A stretch of DNA of 64,000 nucleotides from Octopus vulgaris (taxonomy: Eukaryota), in assembly GCA_951406725.2 (NCBI GenBank), contig OX597814.1:158720001-158784000 (forward strand), in the 5' to 3' direction. Below are positions 52,941 through 64,000 of the stretch, one piece after another. Below the pieces are notes generated by a model. That model did no database searches and was not told the DNA's origin. It saw only the letters and a list, made by a program, of their open reading frames with translations. The position numbers were made by a program, and so were the translations under genes. Positions within the stretch are counted from its first letter, which is position 1. Each line of letters begins with the position of its first letter.

Positions 52941-53132
52941 ATTAAAGCTGCAAAAACATCACAAAACTATCATGAAAAACTGCTACTCAGAGTCTCACAT
53001 TCTTGTCCGTCAGGTAATTGTGATCAAGAATGGAATACAAACTTTGTTTTCCATTCCTGTTCACATCTGCCCAATGAACAGGAATGTGAAACTGAGTAGC
53101 AGGTTTTTGTGATGTGTTTTTTCAGCTTTAAT
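52941..53132. mobile_element. Penelope-like remnant with inverted pLTR segments, each carrying a decayed hammerhead
   Basis: ~70-bp inverted arms. Minus 52980-53017 reads CTGACGG-ACA-AGAA-TGT-GAGA-CTCTGAG-TA; plus 53067-53102 reads ctgc-CCAATGA-ACA-GGAA-TGT-GAAA-CTGAG-TA-gcag. Confidence 0.55.
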
Positions 53133-53302
53133 AATAAGGCACATTACTCGACCTCCAGTATTTGATTACAATTTGTTTCCCTGCTTGTTTCACATTTATT
53201 TGCTTACTCAGGTATGATTTCCAATGTGCATTTTTGCTTATTTTTCTTCTTACTTTCCCCTTACATTTCCATGTGTAGTTTCTATTTTCTTTCTGGGACA
53301 TA

Positions 53303-53356
<54 letters not shown>

Positions 53357-53410
53357 CCTATATATAAATACATACATATATATGTATATATACATTTATC
53401 TGTGTGTATG

Positions 53411-53446
<36 letters not shown>

Positions 53447-54340
53447 TGTATGTATGTATGTATGTATGTATGTATGTATGTATGTATATAACAGGCTTGC
53501 ACACAGTTTCTGTCTACCAAATACACTTATATGACAATGGTTGGCCCCCTGGGCTAGAGTAGAAGATACTTGCCCAAGGAGGAGCCAAACAGTGGGACTG
53601 AACCCAAAAACCATGTGCTTGCAACATGAGCTTCTTAATCACACATCCATGTCTTGCACCAGAATATTGATAATAATAAAGTTAGTCAGAAGCAATGACT
53701 AACAACAGAAATCAGGATCACAACACATAACCACATTGCAGCACAATTATTTTTCCTCAACAAGCCTTGGTTTGTTTACATCCCTCGTAACTGAATGGTT
53801 TGACACAAGAAATTGGTAGATTAAGTACAAGATTTAGAAAAAAAGAATTGGAGTCAATCTGTTTGATTAAATATTTCAAGGGGTGGCCCAACGAGGCCTC
53901 AGTCCAATGACTGAAACATGTAAATGATAAAAAAAAAAAGACTAAAGATACCAGTTGGAGAGAGACAGACAGACAGACAGAAAGAGAGTGGGAAAGAACA
54001 TGTAGAGAGAGAGGAGAGAGGTGAAGATGTGATGAAAGTCGTACACTCAATGGAACATGGATGTTAAATGATGATGATGCTGATGATGATGATAATGATG
54101 ATGATGATACACACACATGCACATGCATGCAAACACACACAAACAAACTCCTCCCCCACAAGTTATCTTCCTAACACCTCCCTCCATTCCTCCACCTGGG
54201 TTCACCATTTCCTATTTTCCCCTCCCCTGTTTCCTTCTCTCCCTTCACACCCTTGTGATCCTGCCTGCACAAAACGTGTCCCTGTAGAATCTCTCCCCAC
54301 TCATCACACAAGTGGTACTGTCATCGGCCACAACAGTGAT

Positions 54341-56588
54341 TTAGTTAGTTAGTTAGTTAGTTAATTTGGCTCAAAAGCAAATAGCAAGGCCATGTAGGGG
54401 GACATGGAGTTAAGTACAGGGTGGTGTTCATGTAAAGAGTTCAGGCCACTTGAGGTCCAGGGAGGCTTTGAACAAAGCGGTCGTCGGCATCTTCACCATC
54501 TCATCTGGCAGCTTGTTCCACGGATCCGCAACCCGGACGGAGAAAGCTCCTCTCCTTCGATTGAGATGAAATCGTCGCAGGTAGAGCTTTTCGGAATGAC
54601 CCCGCAGCCGACGCTCCGGAGCAGGAGTGAAGAACAGCTCTTTCGAGAGGTTACACTTCCCGCTTATGATGTTGTGGGCGAGAATGAGATCACCACGGCG
54701 GCGGCGTTTTTCAAGAGAATAAAGGTCGAGCGTCCTCAGCCTTTCTTCGTAGGACAAATTTTTGAGACCATGAACCAGGCGGGTAGCCAGCCTCTGGACT
54801 CTTTCGAGGTGCTGTATGTCTTTGAGGAGATAAGGAGAAGAGGCTTGAATCCCATACTCCAATATGGGTCTCACCAGCGTGACATAGAGTGGCAGGAATA
54901 TGGCTCCTGTGAGCACTCCGAATGACCGTTGAATCAAAAACAGAATTCCGCGCGCTTTGTTGGCAGCATGGACGCACTGGGCCGAAGGCGAAAAGGAGGA
55001 ATCCACCAAGATACCCAGGTCCTTTACCTGATCGGTCCTCTCCAGCAGCAGACGACCCGGCTCGAAATCAAGTTGAGTTGTAGGAGTAGAGCCGACAGGC
55101 AGATGACAGCACTTTGACACGTTCAGACACAGGTCCCAATCGTTAGACCACTTCCAAATTTGGTGGAGGCATCGACGAAGATCCTCTATACTACCGCGAG
55201 GAGCGACCAGTTTGATATCGTCGGCAAATAGAAGGGTGTGTTGCGTGAGGTCGTCGGGCAAGTCATTTATGAAGACTAAGAACAACAAGGGCCCAAGCAC
55301 TGAACCTTGAGGCACGCCACTGCTCGCACTGGAGACGTCAGACCGCGAACCATTAACTTGAACTTGGAAGGAGCGATCTGAGAGGAAGGCACCAACCCAT
55401 CGTACAATATCCGGATGGAAACTATATGCTTGAAGCTTGACAAGTAGTAGGCGGTGGTTTACCGAGTCAAAAGCTTTGGCAAAGTCCAATAAAACGATGT
55501 CAACAGCATCACTATCATCGAGGATGCGCGTCACCAATTCTTCCATTACTAGTAAGTTGGTCAAGCATGATCTCTTCGACACGAAGCCGTGTTGGGAATC
55601 AGTGATCGAGACTGTGCTTAGGAGGTGGAGCATCATACTTTTCTTAAGGATGGTTTCGAACATCTTGCTGATTATTGATGTAAGGGAAACCGGTCGGTAG
55701 TTAAGCGGGTCTTCGCGGCTCCCTTTCTTGAAAATTGGGCAGATTATCGCTGTTCTCCAGTCTGCAGGTATAACACCCGTCGCCAATGACATATTGAATA
55801 GTCGTGTTAAGGGCTCGCAGATGACCGGAGCCAACGCTTTGATAACCCGTGGGTGTATGCCGTCAGGGCCGTGACCCTTGTTGACATCGAGGCCTTGAAT
55901 AACACGTTTGACTTGGTCCCGCGTGATGATCAATCGAAGCATTGGAGGTACCGATCTATCAAATGGAGGGGGTTCACGACCATCATCTTGTTTGAAAATA
56001 GTTGAAAAAGCCTCGGCAAATAATTGACTCTGTTGATAAGGGTCCTCAATCGATACGCCTGTTGAGTCTACCAATGTTACAATCTGGTTGTTCAAGCGGG
56101 AATTCCACTGGACATGGGCAAAGAAGGTTTTAGGATTGCTACTGGCATTTGCCGCGATTTTGTATTCATAACTGAAGCGTTCTTTCTTTTCAATTTTCAC
56201 GGCTCGGTCTCGTTGAGTTTTGTACACCTCAAAAGCTGCAGTCGAATCCAGATTTTTGAATTCAGCCCAAGCAATATCTCTGAGTCGACGTTCTCGTTTA
56301 ACCTTCTTCGTCACCCAGGGCTTGTGTTTCTTCCTCTTGGGAAGTCCAACGGGAACTGCCTGGTCAGTCAAACAGATTACATATGCTTTGAGGGATGACC
56401 ATAGTTCGTCAACTGAGGACAACGTCATCAGGGAACGCCAGTCCAGAAGCGCGGAAGCCTCAGTTAGAATTTCAAGATTAATTGCAGAGAAGACTCTACA
56501 TGGCAGCGAAGTAATCGTGGGCGTGGAAAAAGTTGTGTGCATGACGAACTTCAGGACCGTATGATCACTCTTGGCAAGAGGGGCGCAC
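54341..56588 (-). mobile_element. Young 5'-truncated non-LTR retrotransposon (CR1/L2 group)
   Basis: Uninterrupted ORF2 running from the APE-terminal SDH motif to the stop at 54428, an ~85-nt 3'UTR with stem-loop CCATGT-ccccct-ACATGG (54390-54407) and a (CTAA)5 tail. Clearly more GC- and CpG-rich than its flanks. Confidence 0.95.
54428..56587 (-). CDS. LINE ORF2 fragment: reverse transcriptase plus C-terminus, endonuclease missing
   Basis: RT motifs NYRPVSLTS, QHGFVSKRSCLTNL, LDFAKAFDSV, GVPQGSVLGPLLF and LFADD, followed by a CR1/L2-type C-terminus RLRGH...FSVRV...WNKLP. The TTG start at 56599 lies in flanking host-repeat DNA. Confidence 0.93.
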   Translation of the reverse strand, partial: CAPLAKSDHTVLKFVMHTTFSTPTITSLPCRVFSAINLEILTEASALLDWRSLMTLSSVDELWSSLKAYVICLTDQAVPVGLPKRKKHKPWVTKKVKRERRLRDIAWAEFKNLDSTAAFEVYKTQRDRAVKIEKKERFSYEYKIAANASSNPKTFFAHVQWNSRLNNQIVTLVDSTGVSIEDPYQQSQLFAEAFSTIFKQDDGREPPPFDRSVPPMLRLIITRDQVKRVIQGLDVNKGHGPDGIHPRVIKALAPVICEPLTRLFNMSLATGVIPADWRTAIICPIFKKGSREDPLNYRPVSLTSIISKMFETILKKSMMLHLLSTVSITDSQHGFVSKRSCLTNLLVMEELVTRILDDSDAVDIVLLDFAKAFDSVNHRLLLVKLQAYSFHPDIVRWVGAFLSDRSFQVQVNGSRSDVSSASSGVPQGSVLGPLLFLVFINDLPDDLTQHTLLFADDIKLVAPRGSIEDLRRCLHQIWKWSNDWDLCLNVSKCCHLPVGSTPTTQLDFEPGRLLLERTDQVKDLGILVDSSFSPSAQCVHAANKARGILFLIQRSFGVLTGAIFLPLYVTLVRPILEYGIQASSPYLLKDIQHLERVQRLATRLVHGLKNLSYEERLRTLDLYSLEKRRRRGDLILAHNIISGKCNLSKELFFTPAPERRLRGHSEKLYLRRFHLNRRRGAFSVRVADPWNKLPDEMVKMPTTALFKASLDLKWPELFT

Positions 56589-56950
56589 ACTTGCCTCAAC
56601 AGGTCTTCACAAGCACAGTTTATTGTTCAATGATTGAAGGGTACTCTTAAATGGGCTGGTTATACACCACTGGCATAGGCCATTGTTATGGTCTCACTTG
56701 GCTTGCCGGGTCTTCTCAAGCACAGCATATCTCCAAAGGTCTCGGTCACTTGACATTGCCTCGGTGAGGCACAATATTTAAACGCTGTGTTTCACCACCT
56801 CATCACAGGTCTTCCTGGGTCTACCTCTTCTGCAGGTTCCCTCAACTGCTAGGGTGTGATACTTTTTCACACAGCTGTCCTCATCCATTCATAACACATG
56901 ACCATACCAGCACAGTCATCTTTCTTGCTCCCAACATCTGATGCTTCTTA
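56589..56950 (-). mobile_element. Degraded RTE-clade LINE 3' end that hosts the young LINE; continues at about 54305-54342
   Basis: Minus strand reads ..WYGHVL*MDEDSCVKKYHTLAVEGTCRRGRPRKT.., the RTE C-terminal signature, with stops. The 3'UTR resembles 46220-46450. Confidence 0.8.
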
Positions 56951-56998
56951 ATATATATGTGTGTGTGTGTGTGTATATATATGTATATATGTATACAA

Positions 56999-57038
<40 letters not shown>

Positions 57039-57301
57039 TTAATAATAAAAAGGTAAAATTAATTAATCAAATTAATTAATTAATCAATCAATTATTAATA
57101 ATTTTACCAAGTAGATCGGTACATTAAAATAACCTTTATAGGTAAAATTATACAAATATTCTACAATTATAAACATAATTATAATTAAGGGTCAGCTAAA
57201 TAGGAGTTAAAAATTCCTTTTCTACTACTGTAAGAATCTCCACGACAGTAACATACATTTTTATGTAGGCAAAGAGAAAAACAATGAAACAACTCCAATT
57301 A

Positions 57302-57357
57302 GCCACAGACGCATTTCGAGATTAAAGTGTTTTAATTACTTCTCTTTTCAGTGTAGC
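57302..57357 (-). ncRNA. Degenerate type-I hammerhead ribozyme motif
   Basis: gctaca-CTGAAAA-GAGA..TCTC-GAAA-TGCG-TC-tgtggc: 6-bp stem I, 4-bp stem II and two core substitutions. Confidence 0.6.
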
Positions 57358-57740
57358 ATTTCGAATTATAAAATTTAAAATCGGGTTAAATATGCGCACG
57401 ATCGAGCTACATCATTATAAAATATTTGTATATACATATGTGTGTGTGTGTGTGTCTGTGTCTGTGTTTACATATATATATGTATATATATATCGTCTGT
57501 AAAAAACATAAATCTGAAAGAAGCACACCCCATATTTTCAAGAGGTCTTGGGCCAACAGGTATTGGGATCTGACAATACATCATAAAGCTAAACCCTTTA
57601 TGGACAGGAAACATAAAGTAGTCTAATAAATCAGCCTTCTCTATTTTTTATATGTCTATATATACATATATATATATTTATATATGTAATATAATTTATA
57701 GTCTTCAGACATTTTTAAGTATACTAAGTCACTAGTTTAA

Positions 57741-57961
57741 CCCTTTCGTTACCAGCCCAGCTGAAACCAGCTCTGGCTCTTTAGTATAAATGTCTTGTTT
57801 TCATAAGTTTTGAATTAAAATCTTCCACCAAAACTTAGTCACAATTCATGTTCCTAACACTAACTGAATGATAACTAAGTTATTTTACTAAATTCTTTGA
57901 AATATTTAAAATAATTGGGAGAAACAGAGAGCATCTCAATAGAAATACAGTTAGGAAAGGG
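57741..57961. mobile_element. piggyBac-type MITE, family 1
   Basis: TTAA|ccctttcgttac ... gttaggaaaggg|TTAA; inverted copy at 43674-43871. Confidence 0.8.
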
Positions 57962-58842
57962 TTAAATTGATATTATTTAATAATATTAATTTCTACCCTC
58001 ATTATTTAATTTTATCTATTTATGTATGTATGTATGTATGTATGTATGTATGTATGTATGTATGTATGTATGCATACATGTTTCAGTGCAGGCAAGCTGC
58101 ATTCATTTTCAGGGAAGCTTAGTGTATTTATAGTATCGTATATGATTCAAAATTTCAAGGACACAGACCTTGCCTTCCCACCTTTCTATGGTTTCTTAGT
58201 TTATTCTATTTTTAGACTGTCTTGTTATCATTATTATTATAGAAGATTTTTGTGATGAGTGCTGTGGTGTACAAGTGAGTCAGTGATATGTTCCTCCCCA
58301 ACCTACCTACCCTATAGCTTTTATCCATCTGGATTTGCTTTATTTTCTTAGAAAGTTCTTCAAGAAAAAAAGCATCATAATTATTCATTTCTTTCCCTTG
58401 TAATATTTTTAGCCTCCTGTCTACAAAAGACATTTTGAGATAACGAAAATAACTCATATAGTAAAGGGGACAATTTCATACTTTACAATTTAATTTATAT
58501 GAGCTGGTTTGATAGGACTGCTAAAACAGTTGTTTAACATCTGAGTTTGATTTTCACCAAAGCTAACTTTATGTTTTTAGCATTAAGATCTGTAATTAAA
58601 TATCATAAAGTAATTTGTCCAGTGCTAACTGGCACTTATTTCATCAACCCCAAAAGGATGAAAGGCAAAATCAACTCTGATGACATTTGAATTTAGAACG
58701 TAAAGATGGACAAAATGCTTAGCAGCATTTCATCCAGTATGCTAGCGATCCTGCCTTCATTCCTAGGTAATAATCCTTTCCTATTATAAGCACAACGCCT
58801 GTAATTTGGGGGAAGGGGTAAGTCAATTGCATCAACCCCAAT

Positions 58843-59070
58843 GGCGAGCTGGCAGAAACGTTAGCACACCAGGTGAAATGCTTAGCGGTATTTCGTCTGC
58901 CGCTACGTTGTGAGTTCAAATTCCGCCGAGGTCAACTTTACCTTTCATCCTTTCGGGGTCGATTAAATAAGTACCAGTTACGCACTGGGGTCGATATAAT
59001 CGACTTAATCCGTTTGTCTGTCCTTGTTTGTCCTCTCTGTGTTTAGCCCCTTGTGGGTAGTAAAGAGATA
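58843..59070 (+). mobile_element. SINE family A, young copy
   Basis: Near-identical to 13250-13483. Confidence 0.9.
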
Positions 59071-59468
59071 GGTATTTATTTAATCGACCCCAAAAGGATG
59101 AAAGACAAAGTCGACCATGGTGGAATTTGAACTCAGAACGTGAAGACTGATGAAATACCACTAAGCATTTCGTCTGGCATGCTAACGATTATGCCAACTC
59201 GCCACTTTCAGTCCCAAGTAATAATAAAAATAACACCAACTGCTTCTAACATAGGCACAAATCCCAGGACCTGTGGAGCAGATTTAGTTAATTAAATTAG
59301 CTCTAGTACTTATTGACTGGTACTTTAACTGATTCCCTGAAAGGACAAAAAGTGTAATTGACCCCAGCAGGATTTGAACTCAGAATATGAAGAGCCACAA
59401 CTAAATACTGCAATGTATTTAGTTTGATATTCTGCCAATCCACAGCCCATAGTAATAATAATAATAAC

Positions 59469-59518
<50 letters not shown>

Positions 59519-59553
59519 TAATAATAATAATGATAATAATAATAATAATGATA

Positions 59554-59784
59554 TATTTCTTTACTACCCACAAGGGGCTAAACACAGAGGGGACAAACAA
59601 GGACAGACAAATGGATTAAGTCGATTATATCGACCCCAGTGCATAACTGGTACTTAATTTATCGACCCCAAAAGGATGAAAGGCAAAATCAACCTCGGCG
59701 GTATTTGAACTCAGAACGTAACGGCAGACGAAATACGGCTACGCATTTCGCCCGGCGTGCTAACATTTCTGCTAGCTCGCCACC
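59554..59784 (-). mobile_element. SINE family A, young copy inside (AAT)n
   Basis: Reverse complement of 58843-59070. Confidence 0.9.
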
Positions 59785-59787
59785 TTT

Positions 59788-59824
<37 letters not shown>

Positions 59825-59842
59825 TAATAATAATAATAATAA

Positions 59843-59873
<31 letters not shown>

Positions 59874-59877
59874 AATG

Positions 59878-59926
<49 letters not shown>

Positions 59927-62169
59927 CGATAATAATAATCATAATGGTTTCAAATTTTGCCACAAGAGCAACAATTTTAGGGGAGGGGATGAGTCAACTA
60001 CATCAATACCAGTGTTCAACTGGTACTTATTTTATCAACCTCAAGAAGATGAAAGGCAAAGTCGACATCAGCAGTACTTGAACTCAGAATGTATAGACAT
60101 GAAATACTGCTAAGTATCTTGTTAACAACTCTGCCAACTCATCGCTCTCAATATAAGGAGGAGGACGAGGAGGATTTCTAATTTTGGCACAAGGCCAGCA
60201 GTTTTAGGAGGGCAGTAGGTTAATTATATCAACCCCAATTTTTAACTGGTACTTTTTTTTTATCAGCTTATCTGCTCTGAAAAGGTGAAAGGCAAAGCTG
60301 ACTTCAGTAGAATTTGAACTCAGAACATAAAGAGCTAGAAAAAATATTGCATAACATTTTATTCCAACACTCTTATGATTTTGTCAATCTACCACCCTTA
60401 ATATTAATAATTACCCTATCTACTGCTATAGGCACAAACCTGCAATTTTGGGTGAAGAGGCTAGTCAATTATATTGACCCCAGTGCTCAACTGGTATCTA
60501 TTTCATTAACCCTTAAAGTATGAAAGGCAAAGTTGACCTCAGTTGAATTTGAACTCAGAATGTAAGGATGCCATGCTAACAATTCTATCAATTCACCACC
60601 ACACAAAGCCAGTAGTTTTGAGGAGACGGCCTTGTTGATTACATCGTCTCCCCTACCTCCATATATAATATTTTATATCTGTTTTCTAAGCAAGATTAAA
60701 GCTGCTATTTTGTGAATTTATGTATATATAAATATATACACATGACTGAAGGCAAGTAATTTAACAATTAAATGTTCTTTTTCCAGCCCTGAACAAAATG
60801 TAGGAAGGGACCTGTTGTTAGATAAGTAGAGTACCCTGCCTTCCCCAGGAGCCCAACATCACACCTGTAGTAAGACCTGAACTCGTTGCCATGTAATCCG
60901 TAGCATACAGTATAACCATAGCCTATAACCAGTAGTTTAAATTTGCATTTTTTAATATTTTATATTATTTTATTTATTTATCTTTTTCATGTTTCTCTTG
61001 CCCATAGAAATAATCTTAGTTATTAATTAAGAGGTTTCTACATAATATTAACTGATATTATGTTTAATGTTTTTAAAGTAATTAAGAAAGAGAAAAAGAT
61101 CATATAACTGATATAAATAACCATTGAATTTTGAAAAAAAATATTTATATATGTGTCTGCCACAACAAATTTCTATTCAATTAAAACTACCAATAAGGCA
61201 TGCTGGTGTATTATGAGAAGAGAAAATATTGGCACATCCCAAGCACAGCCCTTCATAAAATCATATTGATTTTCTTTTACATAGGTGCAAGGCCTAAAAT
61301 TTAGGAAATTAGTGTAGATAGTTACATGAATAACAGTACCAAACTGGTGTTTATTTTCCTGGGATTTAAAGTTAGAATGTAAAGGATCACAGCTAAATAT
61401 TGCAAAGTACCTACACTGGCATAAAACTTTTTATTATGTGTCAGTGAGAGGTACCAGCAATTGAAATTGAATATGTAATCAGCATTTATTATATTAATTT
61501 ATATGAAAAACAATAATGATAGAATATGAGCTTAAAACATAGAGGAAATTAATTCTGTAAACTTTTAATATTACCAAATAATAATCAAACAAAACTTTAC
61601 TGAGCAATAATTACGATTGAAGTATTCATTAAACTCAACAGAATGTAAAAATTAATTAGTTATTTTTCTTTTTGTTTTTTCAAAAAAAAACATAAAATTA
61701 ATTTAAACAATTGTTTTCGTTTCTTTGTTATTTATGTTATTGAATTCACTTTTCTTTTATTTCCATAGTAACTGCATCGTTTTTTTTTTTTTGAAATGTC
61801 ATAATAAGGTGTTTAGCTTATTATATTAGCATGCATCATCAAAATTTATTTCTATTAAAAAATTAAACTCTATACATGTGTATTGACATTAGCAGTAATT
61901 TTCTTTATTTTGTCTTTTAAATAATTGTGATTATTATGTTTAAATTATTAAAAAAAGTTAATATCAACTATTTTATTTGATAACAGTTTAAGTAAATACG
62001 CAAATAAGGTACATGTGCATGTGTGTGCATGTTTATTATACACAAGTGCGCGCACACACACACACAGAGTTACACACACACACACAACAATATATATATA
62101 TAATTGTTTAATTTACCTTGCAAAATGAAAACATTAAACTACTTAGCATTCATGCTTGTGTGTGTGCTG

Positions 62170-62560
62170 TTGTTGTTGTCTAACTGCTGGTCAGTCCTGA
62201 CCAAACAGAAATATTATCAAAAACACTCCAGCAGTGGCCATACCTTAGTCTAACTAGTACTACATCATGCAACATATCCTTCTTTTTATTTAGATAGTAT
62301 GTTGTAATTAGAAGGAGATCTGTCTACTATTTCTAGCAGGCTGGATTAGCATGTATAGCTGTGTTGTCCAGCCACAGAACAATCTTGATCAAGTAGAAAT
62401 ATAATGAAAAGCATTCCAGCCAAAGCCACCCTGACGTTTTAGAATATCCAGTATTACATTTATTTGTGTCCTGTCCATGTATAAGATATAGAATATTTGA
62501 AAGAGATTCAGCTGTTATTTCTAGCAGATCGATTGCCTACATAGAGGCCACCTCATTGAT
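62170..62560 (+). repeat. Two tandem diverged copies of an old interspersed repeat (..gctatttctagcag..)
   Basis: Related blocks at about 23480-23660, 27560-27790, 42110-42220 and 39985-40230. Confidence 0.55.
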
Positions 62561-62597
62561 TCAATGTGTAATTATGTAATGTATGCTGTGCACTTAC

Positions 62598-62906
62598 CTT
62601 TTTTCTGTAAGATGGGCAGTGGGGGTGATGGGTCAGTAAGTTCTCCAGTTGTAGTTTCTCCCCTTACTCTGATATAGTAATCCACTCCTTGCTTTAAATC
62701 TGTAATTCTATGTCTTTTCTCTTTTAATCCAGTTACCAAAGTTTTCCACTCCTTTGACGGAGCTTCAAGTATTTCTAATGTGTATCCAGTGAGTGAGTCT
62801 TCTCGATCATATGGCTGATAGTATATCCGATGCCATTGCAAATACACACCTTGAGTATCATCAGCAAGGATCTCGGGCTGAACGAATGGGCCTGTATTAG
62901 GAGCAC
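62598..62906 (-). CDS. Internal coding exon encoding one fibronectin type III domain (intracellular titin/twitchin/obscurin-like type)
   Basis: 309 bp with acceptor tatatcatttttAG (62908-62907) and donor GTAAGT (62597-62592), phase 1 at both ends. Translation APNTGPFVQPEILADDTQGVYLQW...GYTLEILEAPSKEWKTLVTGL...ITDLKQGVDYYIRVRGETTTGELTDPSPP carries the FN3 W, Y-x-L-E, L-x5-Y-x2-RV and G-x-PS motifs. Confidence 0.9.
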
Positions 62907-64000
62907 CTAAAAATGATATACACAAGCATTTAACATACAAACACACATTGTGCAGTAACTAATAATAAGTAATGATATGGGAAAAAGTATAGTATAATAA
63001 AACCATTAGAATATATAACTTATCTTTAACAGAATTTACTTACCAGTTTTTTAGATCATTGCTATATCTATAAAGAAAGTTTTGATAAGAAACGAAAGAC
63101 ACTACAAAGAAGAGACAAGAAGGAGGCATCATATTACATTTGAAATATATCTCAGGTACCAAATACACATGTCTTATTCCTAAGGAATTAAGCATGTAGA
63201 GAATTAGCTTTAAACCAGACAGAAATAGATATGATCAACAAAAGTAATAACAGGATAGGGGAAGGCTTAAAATTAACCTGAAAGGAAGGGAGTGTTAGAA
63301 GCACCCTGCACTAGGAGATGCTTACACCAGCTAGTAGCATCAGTAAAAGAGGAATGAAGAAAGAAAAGGAAGAAGTAGATATCAGTAAAAGAACTACTCT
63401 ATCAGCTGTAGCTGAACTTTTATTTTTTTTCTTTTAGGTAGAAAGAGGTGCCCACAGTCAAGGATTGATAAATAATAGGTTTATATAACTAGAACAGAAG
63501 CTAGTATGCCAAACAATCTGCTGACCTAGTGGGCATTTGGACTCAAATTATCTTATGATAAGACCTGGTAAGTTATTTGGCCAAGATTAGCATCAACAAT
63601 ATTTGAAAGCTGAATGCCTACTTGTAGTGGTCCATTAAATGAAGTATCTTTCCCTGCTGTTGAATTAGCTTAGGAGGAGGGAGAAAGTGCCAAAATTACA
63701 TACCAGCATACAGTTTATGAAAGTAGTTTTATGTATCTTTCTATATCAACTTATAAAGGTAATTTCTTAATGGCAGCCAGTAATTATAACGACTGCAATA
63801 TTTTCATTATTACTGGGTATTTGTGAAGGTCTGTACACTACAATGTTCTATCATCTGTTCAAATATCAACCATATTTATTTAATTGTCAATTGTACTAAA
63901 AAAAGAAATGAAAAAAAAATATATTCATCAAAATCTTTATCAAAAAGGCTACTGCTAGAGATAGCAAACCAACTGAAAACATATGTTCAGGAACTAAATA

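Larger units (their letters stand above)
58620..60650. repeat. Cluster of about 8 SINE-A copies of mixed age interleaved with (AAT)n
   Basis: Repeated gaaaggcaaagtcgac..gaatttgaactcagaa blocks, mostly on the minus strand. Confidence 0.85.

Noticed and set aside
54404-56564. Plus-strand ORFs overlapping the LINE (173, 62, 87, 94 and 114 aa)
   Set aside because: Antisense shadow ORFs of a GC-rich coding sequence.
54331-56602. caacag on both sides of the young LINE as a TSD
   Set aside because: Not adjacent to the junctions; both copies are explained by the host repeat sequence.
365-60523. Many short ORFs with poly-I/L/Y/N/H/M or YI/CV/HT runs
   Set aside because: These are translations of microsatellites and SINEs with no domain signal.
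62108-62135. Recursive splice site (ttttcattttgcaAG|GTAAAT) on the minus strand
   Set aside because: Weak AAG acceptor and sub-optimal donor, expected by chance.

Overview
AT-rich, microsatellite-dense animal genomic DNA. The SINE families and repeat landscape look like octopus (coleoid cephalopod), which is an inference. Only one host coding exon is well supported: a symmetric phase-1/phase-1 fibronectin type III exon on the minus strand (62598-62906) of a titin/twitchin/obscurin-like gene, so most of the window is probably intronic or intergenic. Mobile DNA includes a young, 5'-truncated CR1/L2-group LINE with an uninterrupted RT ORF (about 54341-56588), R4/Dong-type fragments in (TAA)n tracts, RTE fragments (one with three C2H2 fingers, one 5' UTR), nested Helitrons, a Merlin-like foldback, TTAA-flanked MITEs, several tRNA-derived SINE families and degenerate Penelope-type hammerhead motifs. 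The most unusual signal is a TE-poor stretch (about 21-30.6 kb) packed with inverted repeats I cannot assign to known TEs: a ~1.1-kb degenerate palindrome, 80-155 bp foldbacks and two pre-miRNA-sized hairpins. It is a candidate hairpin-RNA/miRNA locus or ADAR-substrate locus. All alignments were done by eye and element boundaries are approximate unless stated.
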